Positions 1 through 13,940 of a stretch of DNA of 64,000 nt are shown here, one piece after another. The translations under genes were made by a program, and so were the position numbers. The notes beneath the pieces were generated by a model. It did not search any database and was not told the origin of the DNA. It saw only the letters and a list, made by a program, of their open reading frames with translations. The first letter of the stretch is position 1; each line of letters opens with the position of its first letter. Source of the stretch: Eledone cirrhosa (lineage: Eukaryota); NCBI GenBank assembly GCA_964016885.1, contig OZ024741.1:198834001-198898000 (forward strand), given 5' to 3'.

Positions 1-697
1 ATATATATATATATATATTTTGAAAATCATGGTCATTCATTTATTCATAGATTTGGCTTATAATCTTCTAAGGATATTAGAAATGTGATTGGTTAATTAA
101 CCTTTTATATAGCCAATAATTTATAATAAATTAATCTGTGAATAAGTAGTTTATTGCTATTTTCTACATTGTTTCAGACGATCTATTCTTATATAAGCTG
201 ATATCTTTTTAAAAAAATTGTTAATAACTTTATTATATGTGTTTATATTTGTGTTTATATTAATGAATACAAGTAATTATTGCTAGGAACCACACAAATA
301 TAATGTACAAAAATATAGGATCAAAGCAAACCAACAAACTAAAACAACCATCAATTCACCACCAAGTATGATAATCGGTTGCATACTACAAGGGTTAATG
401 GAAAATGTTGAGACAAGCCAACCTGCTCACAACATTACTGTAGGTGATGGTGAGACTAAAGCGCTGAAACAACTAGGCACCCTCATGGGTATCACTTGAC
501 ACCTCGGTAAGGCGAACCACCAACAATGACAAGAAATTCACTCTCAGCGGTTTGGTCCACCAAATGTCTCAAACATCACAGGCTGGAAAAACTAGGTTAT
601 TTGATATCTAAGTCTGGGTGAACACATACCAATTAGTTTGAATGCAGTGATTGTGACATACTGGCTAAGAGAGTTCAAACCTTGCATTAGAAATAAT

Positions 698-880
698 TGT
701 TTCTACTTTTGGCACAAGGCCAGCAATTACCCAGTGCATTACTGGTACTTTATTTTATCGACCCTGTAAGGATGAAAGGCAAAGTTAACCTCGGCGGGAT
801 TTGAACTCAGATCGTAAAGGGACGTAACTATGTGTCAAAGCATGTCTGACCCTCTACCGATACTGCCAATCCACCGCCTT
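698..880 (-). mobile_element. tRNA-derived SINE, family A (Deu/Nin-like central domain), with 18-bp target-site duplication
   Basis: Minus strand has A-box-like TGGCAGTATCGG, B-box GTTCAAATCC and central GCCTTTCATCCTT..GGGTCGATAAAATAAAGTACCAG. CCTTGCATTAGAAATAAT is duplicated at 680-697 and 881-898. About ten copies in the window. Confidence 0.85.
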
Positions 881-929
881 CCTTGCATTAGAAATAATGT
901 TCTGTGTTCAAACCAATCCATGCTAGACA

Positions 930-989
930 TACATACATACATTTGTGTATATATATAAATATAAACATAGATACATACACACATATGTG

Positions 990-1045
<56 letters not shown>

Positions 1046-1082
1046 TACATATATATATACATATATATATATACATATATAC

Positions 1083-1178
<96 letters not shown>
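930..1178. repeat. (TA)n/(TACA)n microsatellite; one of dozens of TA, CA, CAT, GATA and TATG tracts in the window
   Basis: Direct reading; source of the YI/IY-repeat ORFs. Confidence 0.95.
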
Positions 1179-1467
1179 CACCCTACTAACAGAGAACGAA
1201 GGACAAACATGGACAGAGATATGAACTCTCCTCTCTAAATATGTATGTAAAAACTAATAATTTTTCTTCCCCTTTTTATTATTTGTATAAATATGCAACA
1301 TAACTACATTATGATATCTGCAGTTGAAAAAGCATATAATGTTGAAACCGGTACCATTATTAAATGCGGAAATATCCACTTTATAAATAAATGTTTTGAT
1401 ATACTGAAAGAATTTCTTCAGCATTTTCTACTGAAAAAATCTTTTCCTCTCTACTATTTGTTTATTT

Positions 1468-1549
<82 letters not shown>

Positions 1550-1551
<2 letters not shown>

Positions 1552-3388
1552 CTTCCTGAAAGTTAATCTGGTTTTCATGCTGGACACGGCACTACTGATA
1601 TGATCTTCTGAGCTAGACAGCTCCAGGAGAAGTGCATGGAACAAGGTTTGGATCTGTATCAGGCTTTTGTCGATCTGACAAAAGCTTTCGATACTGTTAA
1701 CAGAAATGCATTATGGAAGATACTCCAGAAACTTGGCTGCCCTGATAAGTTCCTTGCATTAGTTAGGTCTTTTCATGACAACATGAAGGCTTGGGTTAAT
1801 GTCGGAGGTAACATGTCGGAGCCTATCTCAGTAAAAAATGGAGTGAAACAGGGGGATATTCCAGCACCGACTCTGTTTGCCATATACTTTGCAATGGTTT
1901 TCTATATTGCATTCAGGAATTGCGAGCATGGTGTTTACATCCGATATCAAACCTCAGGCAGCATATTTAACATCAGGCGCTTTGCTGCAAAAACAAAAGT
2001 ATTTACATCAATCATAAGAGACCTCTTGTATGCTGATGATTGCAATCTTGTAGCGCACACAGAGAGTGATATGCAGCACATTTTGAATGCATTTTCTGAT
2101 GCTTGCACTGCCCTAGGATTGACTGTCAGTCTCAAGAAAACCGTCGTCATGTACCAGCCTGCCCCTGGTAAGCAGTACAGTGAACCAAATATCTATGTGT
2201 ATGGCAAACGACTTGGAGTGGTTGATCAGTTTGTCTACCTGGGAAGCACTGTCAATCGATACAGCAACCTTGATAATGAAATCCCACTCAGGATTAGGAA
2301 AGCAAGTGATGCTTTCGGAAAGCTAGAAAGGGGACTCTGGGGTCGGCGAGACATATGCAAGAAGACAAAGGTAAAGGTGTACAAGGCATGTGTGCTCTCT
2401 TCTCTTCTTTATGCCTGCAAGACCTGGGTCACATATCGACACCATCTTAAGCAATTGGAGCGTTTCCATCAGATGTGTCTCAGATGGCTCCATGGCATTC
2501 ACTGGAGGGACCACATCAGTGTTGTCGAAATTTTGGAAAGCTCTCTGTGTTACAGTATAGAAGCTCTTATGCTTAAGCAACGACTCCGTTGGAGTGGTCA
2601 CCTTGCCAGGATGAAGGATCCTAGAATACCAAAACAACTCTTTTATGGAAAGTTAGTTAAAGGAAAACGACCGCCACATAAACCAAAAAAGAGGTTTAAG
2701 GATTCCTTGAAAGCCTCTTTGAAAGACGCTAACATCTCTGCTGATACATGGGAAAATGTTGCTACTGATCGTTATAAAAGGAGAAAGACTGTATATGAGG
2801 GGAAAGTTGCCTTTGAGGCATCTCGAATCGCATACGAGAAAGTAAAGCGGGATGTGAGGAAGGGCATTGCTGTTGCATTTCCAGACGGCAAAGGTCCTCC
2901 TATGGTGCTGACATGCAGCGTCTGTGCGAGACTCTGCCTAAGCAAAGCTGGACTCGAAAGTCATCTTCACAGTCATAAAGTAAGACCAGTGGTTGACTAC
3001 CAGGCTGCTGTTGGAGATGCTACTCATCATGCTTGCCAAACATGTGGTAGAGAATGTAAATCAGCAGGAGGGCTCAAATGACATGCAAAAGTACATGAAC
3101 TCCAACCACAGCCGGCTATTCCCAGTGAATGTTTTGGTTGCCAACTCTGTGCAAGACACTTTAGATCATTGGCTGGGCTAAAAAGCCACATTCGATCGCA
3201 GCACTGTTAATTGCTATCGTGTGTGTGTAGATATGTTTATGTGTGTGTGCGTGTGTGTATATATATATGTATATTATTATTGTTGTTGTTGTTGTCGTTA
3301 TTATTATTATTATTGTTATTATTATGGTTTTTTTTTTTTTTTTTTTTCCGTGCAATGGCCATACTCGATAACTAAGGGGCAGCCATCA
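1550..3388 (+). mobile_element. 5'-truncated RTE (BovB-like) LINE: reverse transcriptase plus C-terminal C2H2 zinc fingers
   Basis: ORF 1636-3081 has AFVDLTKAFD, GVKQG, LLYADD, FVYLGS and LRWSGH. Fingers CSVC..H..H and CQTC..; after the stop, CQLCARHFRSLAGLKSHIRSQH. Flanked by (TA)n on both sides. Confidence 0.9.
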
Positions 3389-3407
3389 TATATATATATA
3401 TATATAT

Positions 3408-4966
3408 AGGAACCAGTAAGACCCCGACAGCTGAGCTCAAGCCGTTTCGACGGCTAATTCTGGACTAAATGAAAATTTATCCTGGTATTTAAATAGCCGA
3501 TCTTCTCAAGGGGTAATTCCATATATGGTCAAAGTGATTGTCAAAAATCAGTAGTAATTCTGTGATTGCAAATTAGTAGGGGAGATGGTGGCTAAACCTG
3601 CCAGTAGGAGAAAGAGGGGAGGGGGTGGAGTAGACCCAATCAAGCGTTGGTAGTGCCAGCTACAGCTGGGCATGAGGTCAAAGAAGATACTGGGGAGGGG
3701 GAGGAAGTCGGAACGGTAGGTAGAACAATGGGGGGTAAAAATATATATGAAAGAAAAAATACTGAGAGTGAAGAAAAGCGAATAAGTGTAAAGAAAAAAG
3801 TAAAGCAAGTTCTACGACCTAGGTCTCTAGCTATTGTTAGGCTAGAATAAATAAATAAATAAAGAAAGAAAGAAAGAAGTAAAGAAAGAAAGAAAGAAAT
3901 AACGAAATAAGTAAAAGAACTAGGTGGGACGGAATAAGCGAGGACCCTTTTAAGAGGTATAAGTACGTAAATGATACGGTGACGGGTCAACAAAAGGGGC
4001 CAAAATACTAAAGAGACTACCACGAAATAAATAATAAAGGTTTCTATCCCGAGCACAATGCCAGCAACCACCCAGTGCAGCAAAGTGAACTAGTACGAGA
4101 TAATAATTCTGAGTCCCGAAAAAAATATATACTAATGCTAACTCTAAAAGATCTAAAACAAGCTACATGAAAGTTCGTACGAAGTAAAGGTAGAATACGG
4201 AAAAATAAATTCAGAATCCACCCCGCCCAAAAGAAAAGCGAAGAAAGAAATACTGAAACGAAAAAATAAGGCATAAGTGCCACTAAGAAATATAGAAGGC
4301 ACGGAGAAAGGTGGGAGCGGTCGGAAAAAGGGGGCAAGTATCCGGGGTCTAAACCAACTGCTATAAAAGGCGGAGTCCGCCAAATCTATCATAGACTAGG
4401 GGAGGGGGTGGGGGTACTAAGGCTACAAGGGACCAAAGGGCAGCCTCGGGTGGGCGAGAAAAGACGCCGACAAAGGAGAAGAGCTGGGGTAGAAGGACTA
4501 AGGAGAGAAGGGGGAAGGAAATAAAGGAAGCGATAAAAGAATAAAAAGAAGATCTTACGTCTCCCTAGCCTAACAATAGCTAGAGACCTAGGTCGTAGAA
4601 CTTGCTTTACTTTTTTCTTTACACTTATTCGCTTTTCTTCACTCTCAGTATTTTTTCTTTCATATATATTTTTACCCCCCATTGTTCTACCTACCGTTCC
4701 GACTTCCTCCCCCTCCCCCTCCCCAGTATCTTCTTTGACCTCATGCCCAGCTGTAGCTGGCACTACCAACGCTTGATTGGGTCTACTCCACCCCCTCCCC
4801 TCTTTCTCCTACTGGCAGGTTTAGCCACCATCTCCCCTACTAATTTGCAATCACAGAATTACTACTGATTTTTGACAATCACTTTGACCATATATGGAAT
4901 TACCCCTTGAGAAGATCGGCTATTTAAATACCAGGATAAATTTTCATTTAGTCCAGAATTAGCCGT
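3408..4966. mobile_element. ORF-less fold-back element, probably PLE-derived: ~400-bp inverted arms 3450-3845 / 4565-4966 around a 719-bp purine-rich spacer
   Basis: Arms are reverse complements apart from a 6-bp CCCCCT indel; the mirrored ORFs 3548..3808(-) and 4602..4868(+) confirm this. Left end abuts (TA)n; right arm is cut by an RTE 3' end. Confidence 0.85.
3421..3514 (-). ncRNA. Type I hammerhead ribozyme with U3-A8 core variant
   Basis: Minus strand: stem I ACCCC / core UUGAGAA / stem II GAUCGGCUA..UAGCCGUC / GAAA / stem III ACGGCU-UGAGCUC-AGCUGU / C17 (GUC triplet) / GGGGU. Confidence 0.75.
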
Positions 4967-7900
4967 GTTTAACGTCCATTTTCCACGCTAGCATGGGTTA
5001 GACGGGAGTTGTCCCACTTGAGGCAAGGTTGGTCGGGTGACCATGTCTCGCTCATATAGGACGATCTGGCAGGTTTTCTACAGTTGGATGCCCCTCCTAA
5101 CACCAACCACATTTACAGTGTGGAACTGGGAACTTTTTACCGTGTTACCGACACGGCCACATTACACCGTGGACTGTGTGTTTTTTTCTCGTGAAACCTA
5201 CATGATCTCAATCTCATTATCTCATTTATTTGGACTGGATGTTGTGGTACCAACTTTATAGAGAGGGGGTGGTGTGTATCACGTGGCCATACCAACGTAG
5301 TCTTCTCTCGAGTAAACAGCATCTGATCCCTCTTATTCCTAATTTCTCACTTAGTTCATTTATGCTTTGCCGTTCACGTATATTACTATTACACATCCAA
5401 CAGAGCATGCATGCTTCGTTCCTTTCCAGTCTACGAAGGTCTTCTGCACGTAATGCCCATGTCTCACTGCCATGTAACATTGCTGTTAGTATACAGGCAT
5501 CATACAATCTGCCTTTCATTTTTAGAGAGAAACCTTTTGTGGCCAACAGCGGAATAAGCTCTCTGAACCTTTTCCATCCCGTTCTGACTCTGCTACTGTA
5601 CTTTCAGAACACCCTCCACCACTGCTAATTTTGTCACCCAGGTAACGGAAAGTGTCTTATATTTCTATAGAACCATCTGGGCAATAGAAGGGGCTAGTAT
5701 CCTGTGGACACTTGCTATTGCACCTGAGCATCGGCCACATATAAAGTCTACGTTCTTAGATAGTTTACCTGTGATCCCACTACATCTTTTATGTACCCAT
5801 ACTTTGCATTTGGGACATAAAATTGAATTTCTGCCTACTCCTTTCCTACATACTGAGCATGGCCATTTCCCTGAGGGTACCTGTGCCTTATTTTCCTTTC
5901 TATAAACTAGGACTTTAGTCTTAGACAAGTTAACTTTAAAGCCTTTTGATTCTAGACCATGCTTCCATGTTTGGAATTTCTTTTCTAGTTCAGCCATTGA
6001 TTCAGCTATGAGCGTTAGATCATCTGCGTATAGGAGTTCCCATGGGCAGCCGGCCTTGAACTCCTCTGTTATAGCCTGAAGGGCAATATTAAATAGGAGA
6101 GGGCTAAGGACAGAGCCTTGGTGAACACCAACTTTTACACTAAATTCTTCACAATATTCATTGTTAATTCTAACCTTACTGATTGTTTCATTATACATAG
6201 CTTGTATAGCTCTCACAAGCCATTCATCTACACCTAATTTTCTAAGAGCCCACCAGATAATGGAGCGGGGGACTCTGTTAAAGGCTTTTTCCAGGTCTAC
6301 AAAAGCTAAGTAGAGGGGTTTACTTTTAGCTAGGTACTTCTCTCGTAGTTGTCGTACAAGGAAAAGAGCGTCTGTGGTACTTTTACCTGACACAAACCCA
6401 AACTGCATTTCATCTAGATCAATTCGCTCTCTGATTAGTTAAGCTATAACTCTTTCTGTGACCTTCTTTTTCCCACTTATTCTCTTCATTTAGTAGTCTC
6501 TCGTAGTGACACTTCCAGGCTATCTTCTTATCAGCATCAATGAGGGCAAGTACACCGTTATCATTATGGACACACTTCTCCCCGACAATATCACAGCTTT
6601 CCTTGACACATTGTCTAGCAATCCTGAACACCTTGCGTTTTTGGTCCTCACGTTGTAGAACATGCTTGAACTTTCTTTCCTCTGCTTCCCTTTTTGCAAG
6701 GTACACTTGTCTCCTAGCTTTTCTCCTGACCACTTGATAGTGCTCTCTACTTCCCCCATTCTGCCATACTTTCCAAACCTGCTTTTTGGCCTTGATTGTC
6801 TCTTCTACCTTACTGTTCCACCACCAAGTTACTCTCCTCCTGCCAATAGGTCTGCTCCAGCCACAGATTTCATCCGTTGCTTTCAGCAGGTTCATTTTCA
6901 AGAATTGCCACTGTTCCTAAATATCGCACGTCTCTAATCGCTCTTCCTTATTGTCAAAGGCATCAAGTAATAAGCTTTTAAATTTGTCTCTGACTATGGG
7001 GTACTTCAACTTCCATATTCTTCTCCTCAAGGTAGGTCTCCTCAGTCGTCGAGTACGTCTATTCCTGACTGTGAGGTCACTAACTACTAGGCTATGTTAG
7101 GAGGTGCATTCTTCACGGGGAGGGATTTAGTGTTTACAACAGACACTTTGTCCCATCTTCTAGTAAGGATATAATCTATCTGGCTGGCGTGTTCCCCTGA
7201 TCTATAGGTGATCAAGTGGTTTTCACGTTTTTTGAAGTTTGTGTTACAGATAGTTAGGTTATTGACGTCACAGAATTCCAGGATTCTAAAGCCTTCGTCA
7301 TTTCTATTTCCAACCCCATAGCCTCCATGGATTCCATCATAGCCATCACTATGTTGTCCAACGTGGCCGTTTAGATCGCCAGCAATAATTAGGTAGTCAC
7401 TGTCGGTTATTTGGGAGGTAGTGTACATTAGCATCTCATAGAACCTGTCCTTTATAACGTCAAATAGACCAGATTGGGGTGCATAAGCGGATATTATTGT
7501 CACAGTAGTTTTATTTAGAACTAGCCTTATTTTAATTATTCTGTCATTTACTCTATTTACGTCGATTACCCTATCTACCCATTTTTCAGCTAACATAATT
7601 CCTACTCCACCCAGTCCTTTGTCATTTCCCACCAAGAAAAGTTTATAGCATCGTTTTTTACCCATGATGAATCTGGCAGACCCCCCTCTCCACCTAGTCT
7701 CTTAAATACAACAAACATCAACTTCTTTACGTTCAAGCATCTCTACAACCTCATTTGAGCGACCTTTTAATGTGCCTATGTTCATGGTACCAACTCTGAA
7801 GTTGGGAGGGTGGGATGGATGGTTAGAGGGGCAGGGAGGGGTGTGGGAGACGGAATTATGTTGGTCATTCGTGTCTGAAATACAGAGGGCTCTTTGTATT

Positions 7901-8000
7901 CTCGTCCTGCAGCCTGGAGGTGAATTTATCTTTATCTGTGACATCGTCATTGAATGCTTAGACTTTCCTAATCTCCGCAGTCAACCCATCAAACAGGTCT
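4967..8000 (-). mobile_element. Near full-length degraded RTE LINE (APE + RT + PHD-like finger)
   Basis: 7702-7950 VGTMNIGTL..VDVCCI; 7087-7665 GDLNGHVG and QIDYIL (APE); 5665-6408 QFGF, VDLEKAF, GVHQGS, LLYADD and CSVC..CPKC..HKRC..CGRC; 5256-5546 thumb. Frameshifts and stops present; 5' boundary approximate. Confidence 0.92.
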
Positions 8001-8492
8001 AAACTTAAGGAGTAGTAACCGGGGCGGTAGCTTTGCTGTACTGATTTATTAGGGAACTTACTAAAGCCGGTGAGTTATGATTGGACACTGCTCATTGGGA
8101 AGACTGCGGAATATGGAAGACAATGCTTAAATTCTCAAAATCAACAGGTCGCCGTAATATAATTTAGATAGATAAATTCTCTCCTTGGGAAACAGCAAGA
8201 TGTGTTTTATACCTGTGATCAGGCGGGTGGGGTGGGGTGAGGTGGGGTGGGGTATGAGAGAAAGAGCAAAGTGATTACGAAGTTAGGGAGCGAGATGCAG
8301 GAAGGTTCTAGAATAATTAATTAATAATAATACTAGAAGGATTATATTTAGGAGAAGGATTTGATTTAGGAAGGGTCCAACAGAATGAGACAAATAATTT
8401 AAAAACATTGTAAATATTAATTGAAAATCCGAGATAAACAAACGGTGAATTTGAATTGTAGACTAGCATATCATAATTGTAGACTACCATAT

Positions 8493-8539
<47 letters not shown>

Positions 8540-8540
<1 letters not shown>

Positions 8541-9418
8541 CATACGTCAAGACGGGCGGTCTGGAAAGTGAAAGTCATTTTTGACACTGAATTTTTTTTT
8601 TTTTTTTTACAACAGGTCTCAATAGTGAAAGTTACGATACACACGCAATTGTATGGATTTCTTAGTATATATATATATATGTGTGGGTGTGTATATGTTT
8701 GTTTATTTACAACAGGTCTCTATAGTGATATGGTGTTAATTAGTATTGCGTGTGCGATTTTTTTTTTTTTTCTTTTTTGTGTATTGTGTGTACGGAAATG
8801 TTTTTTAAAAATAATGACATTGTGTGTTTTTAAATAATTGTTTCTACTTTAGGCACAAGGCCAGCAAATACCCAGTGCATTACTGGTACTTTATTTTATC
8901 GACCCCGTAAGGATGAAAGGCAAAATGACATAAATAACTACATAGTTAGACGTTTGTTGCATATAAAATATAAATTGACGTACCTTATGAAAATCCTTAT
9001 TACACCGTATAAATAGCTGAAATACAGTTGATCATCTCGCCAAACTTGTTGGTGACCCGACCTTAATTTCTTTGGGGACAGAGAGTTGGTGCCAACAATT
9101 TTGGCGAGATGTACAAACACATATATACACACAAACATATATATACGTCTAAACCCATGCTTGCGTGGAAAATAGACGTTAAACAATGATGATGACACAA
9201 ACACATATATATATACAAACACACATATATATATACATACAGACACACATATATATACACACATATACACACCCACACATATATATATATATATTAAGAA
9301 ATCCATACAATTGCGTGTGTATCGTAATTTTCACTATTGAGACCTGTTGTAAAAAAAAAAAAAAAAATTCAGTGTTGTCAAAAATTACTTTCACTTTCCT
9401 GACCGCTCGTCTTGACGT

Positions 9419-9422
<4 letters not shown>
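8540..9422. mobile_element. MITE-like element with ~160-bp inverted termini (8540-8697 / 9262-9422) in (TA)n, containing a SINE A fragment and an RTE-tail fragment
   Basis: GCATACGTCAAGACG..ACAACAGGTCTCAATAGTGAAA..GGATTTCTTA recurs reverse-complemented at the right end. Confidence 0.7.
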
Positions 9423-9492
<70 letters not shown>

Positions 9493-9615
9493 GGAGGTGA
9501 GTTTTATTGTAGTACAATAAAGCAATGCAGATATCGGATAAGAAGCACTCTACAGTATGTGGGACTGGAGTATGCATAATATAAGATCAAAAGATGGTTA
9601 AAGGAGTTCAATATA

Positions 9616-9682
9616 TTTTATTATGCGCATTTCAAAAACAAACATCATCAAACAATAATATTTGTGTTTTCATCAGATAAAA
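9616..9682 (-). ncRNA. Opposite-strand copy of the same hammerhead
   Basis: Reverse complement of 9812-9878 (TCATCAG at 9670-9676, TTTC at 9630-9633). Confidence 0.8.
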
Positions 9683-9811
9683 CAGGAGAACATGATATGA
9701 AGGCTAAAAAAACACTTGTTGATAGTGCAGTTTTAAATCAACATATGATATGTTGATTTAAAACTGCACTATCAACAAATGTTTTTTTAGCCTTCATATC
9801 ATGTTCTCCTG

Positions 9812-9878
9812 TTTTATCTGATGAAAACACAAATATTATTGTTTGATGATGTTTGTTTTTGAAATGCGCATAATAAAA
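9812..9878 (+). ncRNA. Minimal type I hammerhead ribozyme (PLE type, palindromic stem III loop)
   Basis: UUUUAU / CUGAUGA / AAACACAAAU..GUUUGUUUUU / GAAA / UGCGCA / UA / AUAAAA: canonical core, 6-bp stem I, self-complementary loop III. Confidence 0.8.
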
Positions 9879-9910
9879 TATATTGAACTCCTTTAACCAT
9901 CTTTTGATCT

Positions 9911-9958
<48 letters not shown>

Positions 9959-10212
9959 ATAATAATAAATTTGAAGACTAAAATCTATATATATATATAA
10001 AAGATATGAAATGAGATTTAAAATCTGCAAAAATTGGAAGTGAGGCTGGAAAAATAACGGGAAATATACATAAGAAAAGAAGGGTAGAAAAATAATATAT
10101 AAAAAATAAAAATATAAAGCAATATAGAAAAAGACATGTGTACATACATATACACACACATACAGACATTTAGATAAAAGGAAAAAAATATATATGTATA
10201 TATATACATACG

Positions 10213-10243
<31 letters not shown>

Positions 10244-10469
10244 ACACAAACATACATGTACACGGACATACACATATACATACACATATATACAGATACA
10301 CACAGACATATAAAAACATATACAGACATAAAAATAGACATATACAGATACATATACACACTCACATATATCATATACATATATATACATGCATATATAC
10401 ATATATATGTATATATGGCACAGACACAAGTGTATAGACACACTAGTCTGCAAAAACATACATACGCGA

Positions 10470-10512
<43 letters not shown>

Positions 10513-10514
<2 letters not shown>

Positions 10515-10761
10515 GTTATGTAATAAACAACATAAGATAATTATTTCATTTACCAGTGGTTTCTTGAAGATGTCGGAAAGATACAGGAAAAAAGAGTGCT
10601 CTATGTAGGCTATATAGAGCACTCTTTTTTTCTGTATCTTTCCGACCTCTTCAAGAAATCACTGGTAAATGAAATAATTATCTTATGTTGTTTATTACAT
10701 AACTAATAAGCTCTGTAGCCTACATAGAGCACTCTTTTTTCCTGTACCTTTCCGACGGAAA
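10513..10761. repeat. 193-bp palindrome (10513-10705, centre 10609) plus a third arm (10716-10757); degenerate HHR-like motif
   Basis: TAGTTATGTAATAAAC..GTTTATTACATAACTA. TTGAAGA at 10564-10570 is followed by ~42 nt that also pair with 10716-10757, which is followed by GAAA. Confidence 0.8.
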
Positions 10762-11042
10762 TACTTCATTTATATATATATACGAAATGATACGGAGACG
10801 TCACACACATAGAGTTTTACATAAATACAATCACATACGCAAAACTACAAATAGATACATGCATGTATATGTTCATCTTGGAGCATGCAAAAATACAAAT
10901 GAACACACGCAGATAACCACACACATAAATACATATTTACATACACACGCAACCACATATATATATATAAATATATGTATATACACATGCGCACATATAT
11001 ACATGTATACATAAAATATATATAAAAATATGTGTTAGGTGA

Positions 11043-11845
11043 TTCCGAAGAGAAAGCAAAGGAAGAAACGAGTGTTCTATGTATAGAACAGAGCATTAAA
11101 AATATATAAATATATTTTGTTGTTGAAAGAATGTGATAAAGGCAAAGGAAAAACGAGTGCTCTATGTATAGAACAGAGCTGTAAAAATATTTTATTGTTG
11201 AAAGTATGTGATAAAGGCCCGGGGTGGTAAAAAAAGAGAGAATGTTCAGGAAAAGATGAAGTCAAAAGGTGAATAATATAAGTGTAAAATAAGTATAAAA
11301 TAAAATAAAATAAAGTAAAATAAAATAAGTGTTGAATATGTAAAGTAAGAGAGATTGTTCAAGGTAAAAGTAAGGGAAAAGAAGAAATGAATAAAATAGG
11401 TGTAATATAAAATAAGGGCTTAATATAAGTGTTGAATGTGTGATAAAGATTCAAAATGTTTAAAGTAAGAGAGTGTTCAAGGTGTAATATATGATAAGTG
11501 TTGAATGTGTGAAAAGGAGAGAGTGTCCAAGGTGGGTAAGTGTCCAAAATGGTGTTTTGATACCGAGAAAGAAGGTGAGTTCTTATATGTGGGCAAATTT
11601 TAAATATCTCAGAATTAGAGTTAAGACAAGAGTTGGGAGATTTCAGATTTTGTAGAATTCTATATTTTTCTGTTACGCACAAGGTACACCTTCTTGTGCC
11701 TTTAACATATTCTTTTGATTGGTCTAATATAGACCAATCAAACTTTGGTAATGGAGTAATTATATTTTGTGTTGTTCACTTTCTAATTATATATCTCTGT
11801 TCTATACATAGAGCACTCTTTTTCCTTAGCTTTTTCTTCGGAATA
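11043..11845 (-). mobile_element. Truncated Neptune-type PLE 3' end with short inverted termini (11043-11095 / 11795-11845)
   Basis: Minus strand ~11560-11750 reads PKFDWSILDQSKEYVKGTRRCTLCVTEKYRIL..LNSNSEIFKICPH, the C-terminal Cys/His motif of Neptune GIY-YIG domains. Termini resemble the 10.5-kb fold-back arm. Confidence 0.7.
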
Positions 11846-11859
11846 CACACACACACACA

Positions 11860-13434
<1,575 letters not shown>

Positions 13435-13575
13435 TCAATACTCATCTTTTTCCATTTATCTGCGAGTTCCTAACTCCATTATCAGGCTAAAATTTCTTTA
13501 GTAAAAAAAATACGGTGAAAGGTATTCTATTTTCTAATTTCAAACCTCCTCACTGTTTCAAAACATACTTACTTG

Positions 13576-13650
<75 letters not shown>

Positions 13651-13940
13651 TCAAAATTATGCATACAAACTAATTGAAGAGGAGAGATAAGTGATTAGTT
13701 AGGAGAATGATATGCTAGTAGTGAGGGGGACAGTGTGCTCAATGCGTATTAGATGCAAGACAAGCAATCAATGTGAGTAAGCCAGAGAAATAATTTTAAG
13801 CCAAAAATTGTATAAGTAGAGCTTTAATACATAAATTTAATGTTAGAGAAAACAATACCAAATTCTTGAACAAATATATTCAATGGTTAACAATTGTTTC
13901 GGGAACCATATCAGTATTCTTCACATACAGATGATAATTA

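Larger units (their letters stand above)
9576..9918. repeat. 343-bp near-perfect palindrome (171-bp arms, 1-nt spacer at 9747)
   Basis: ATAATATAAGATCAAAAG...CAACATAT-G-ATATGTTG...CTTTTGATCTTATATTAT; one mismatch seen. Right end runs into (TA)n. Confidence 0.95.

Noticed and set aside
835-1238. YI/IY, CV, HT and LS-repeat ORFs here and throughout the window
   Set aside because: Translations of dinucleotide microsatellites.
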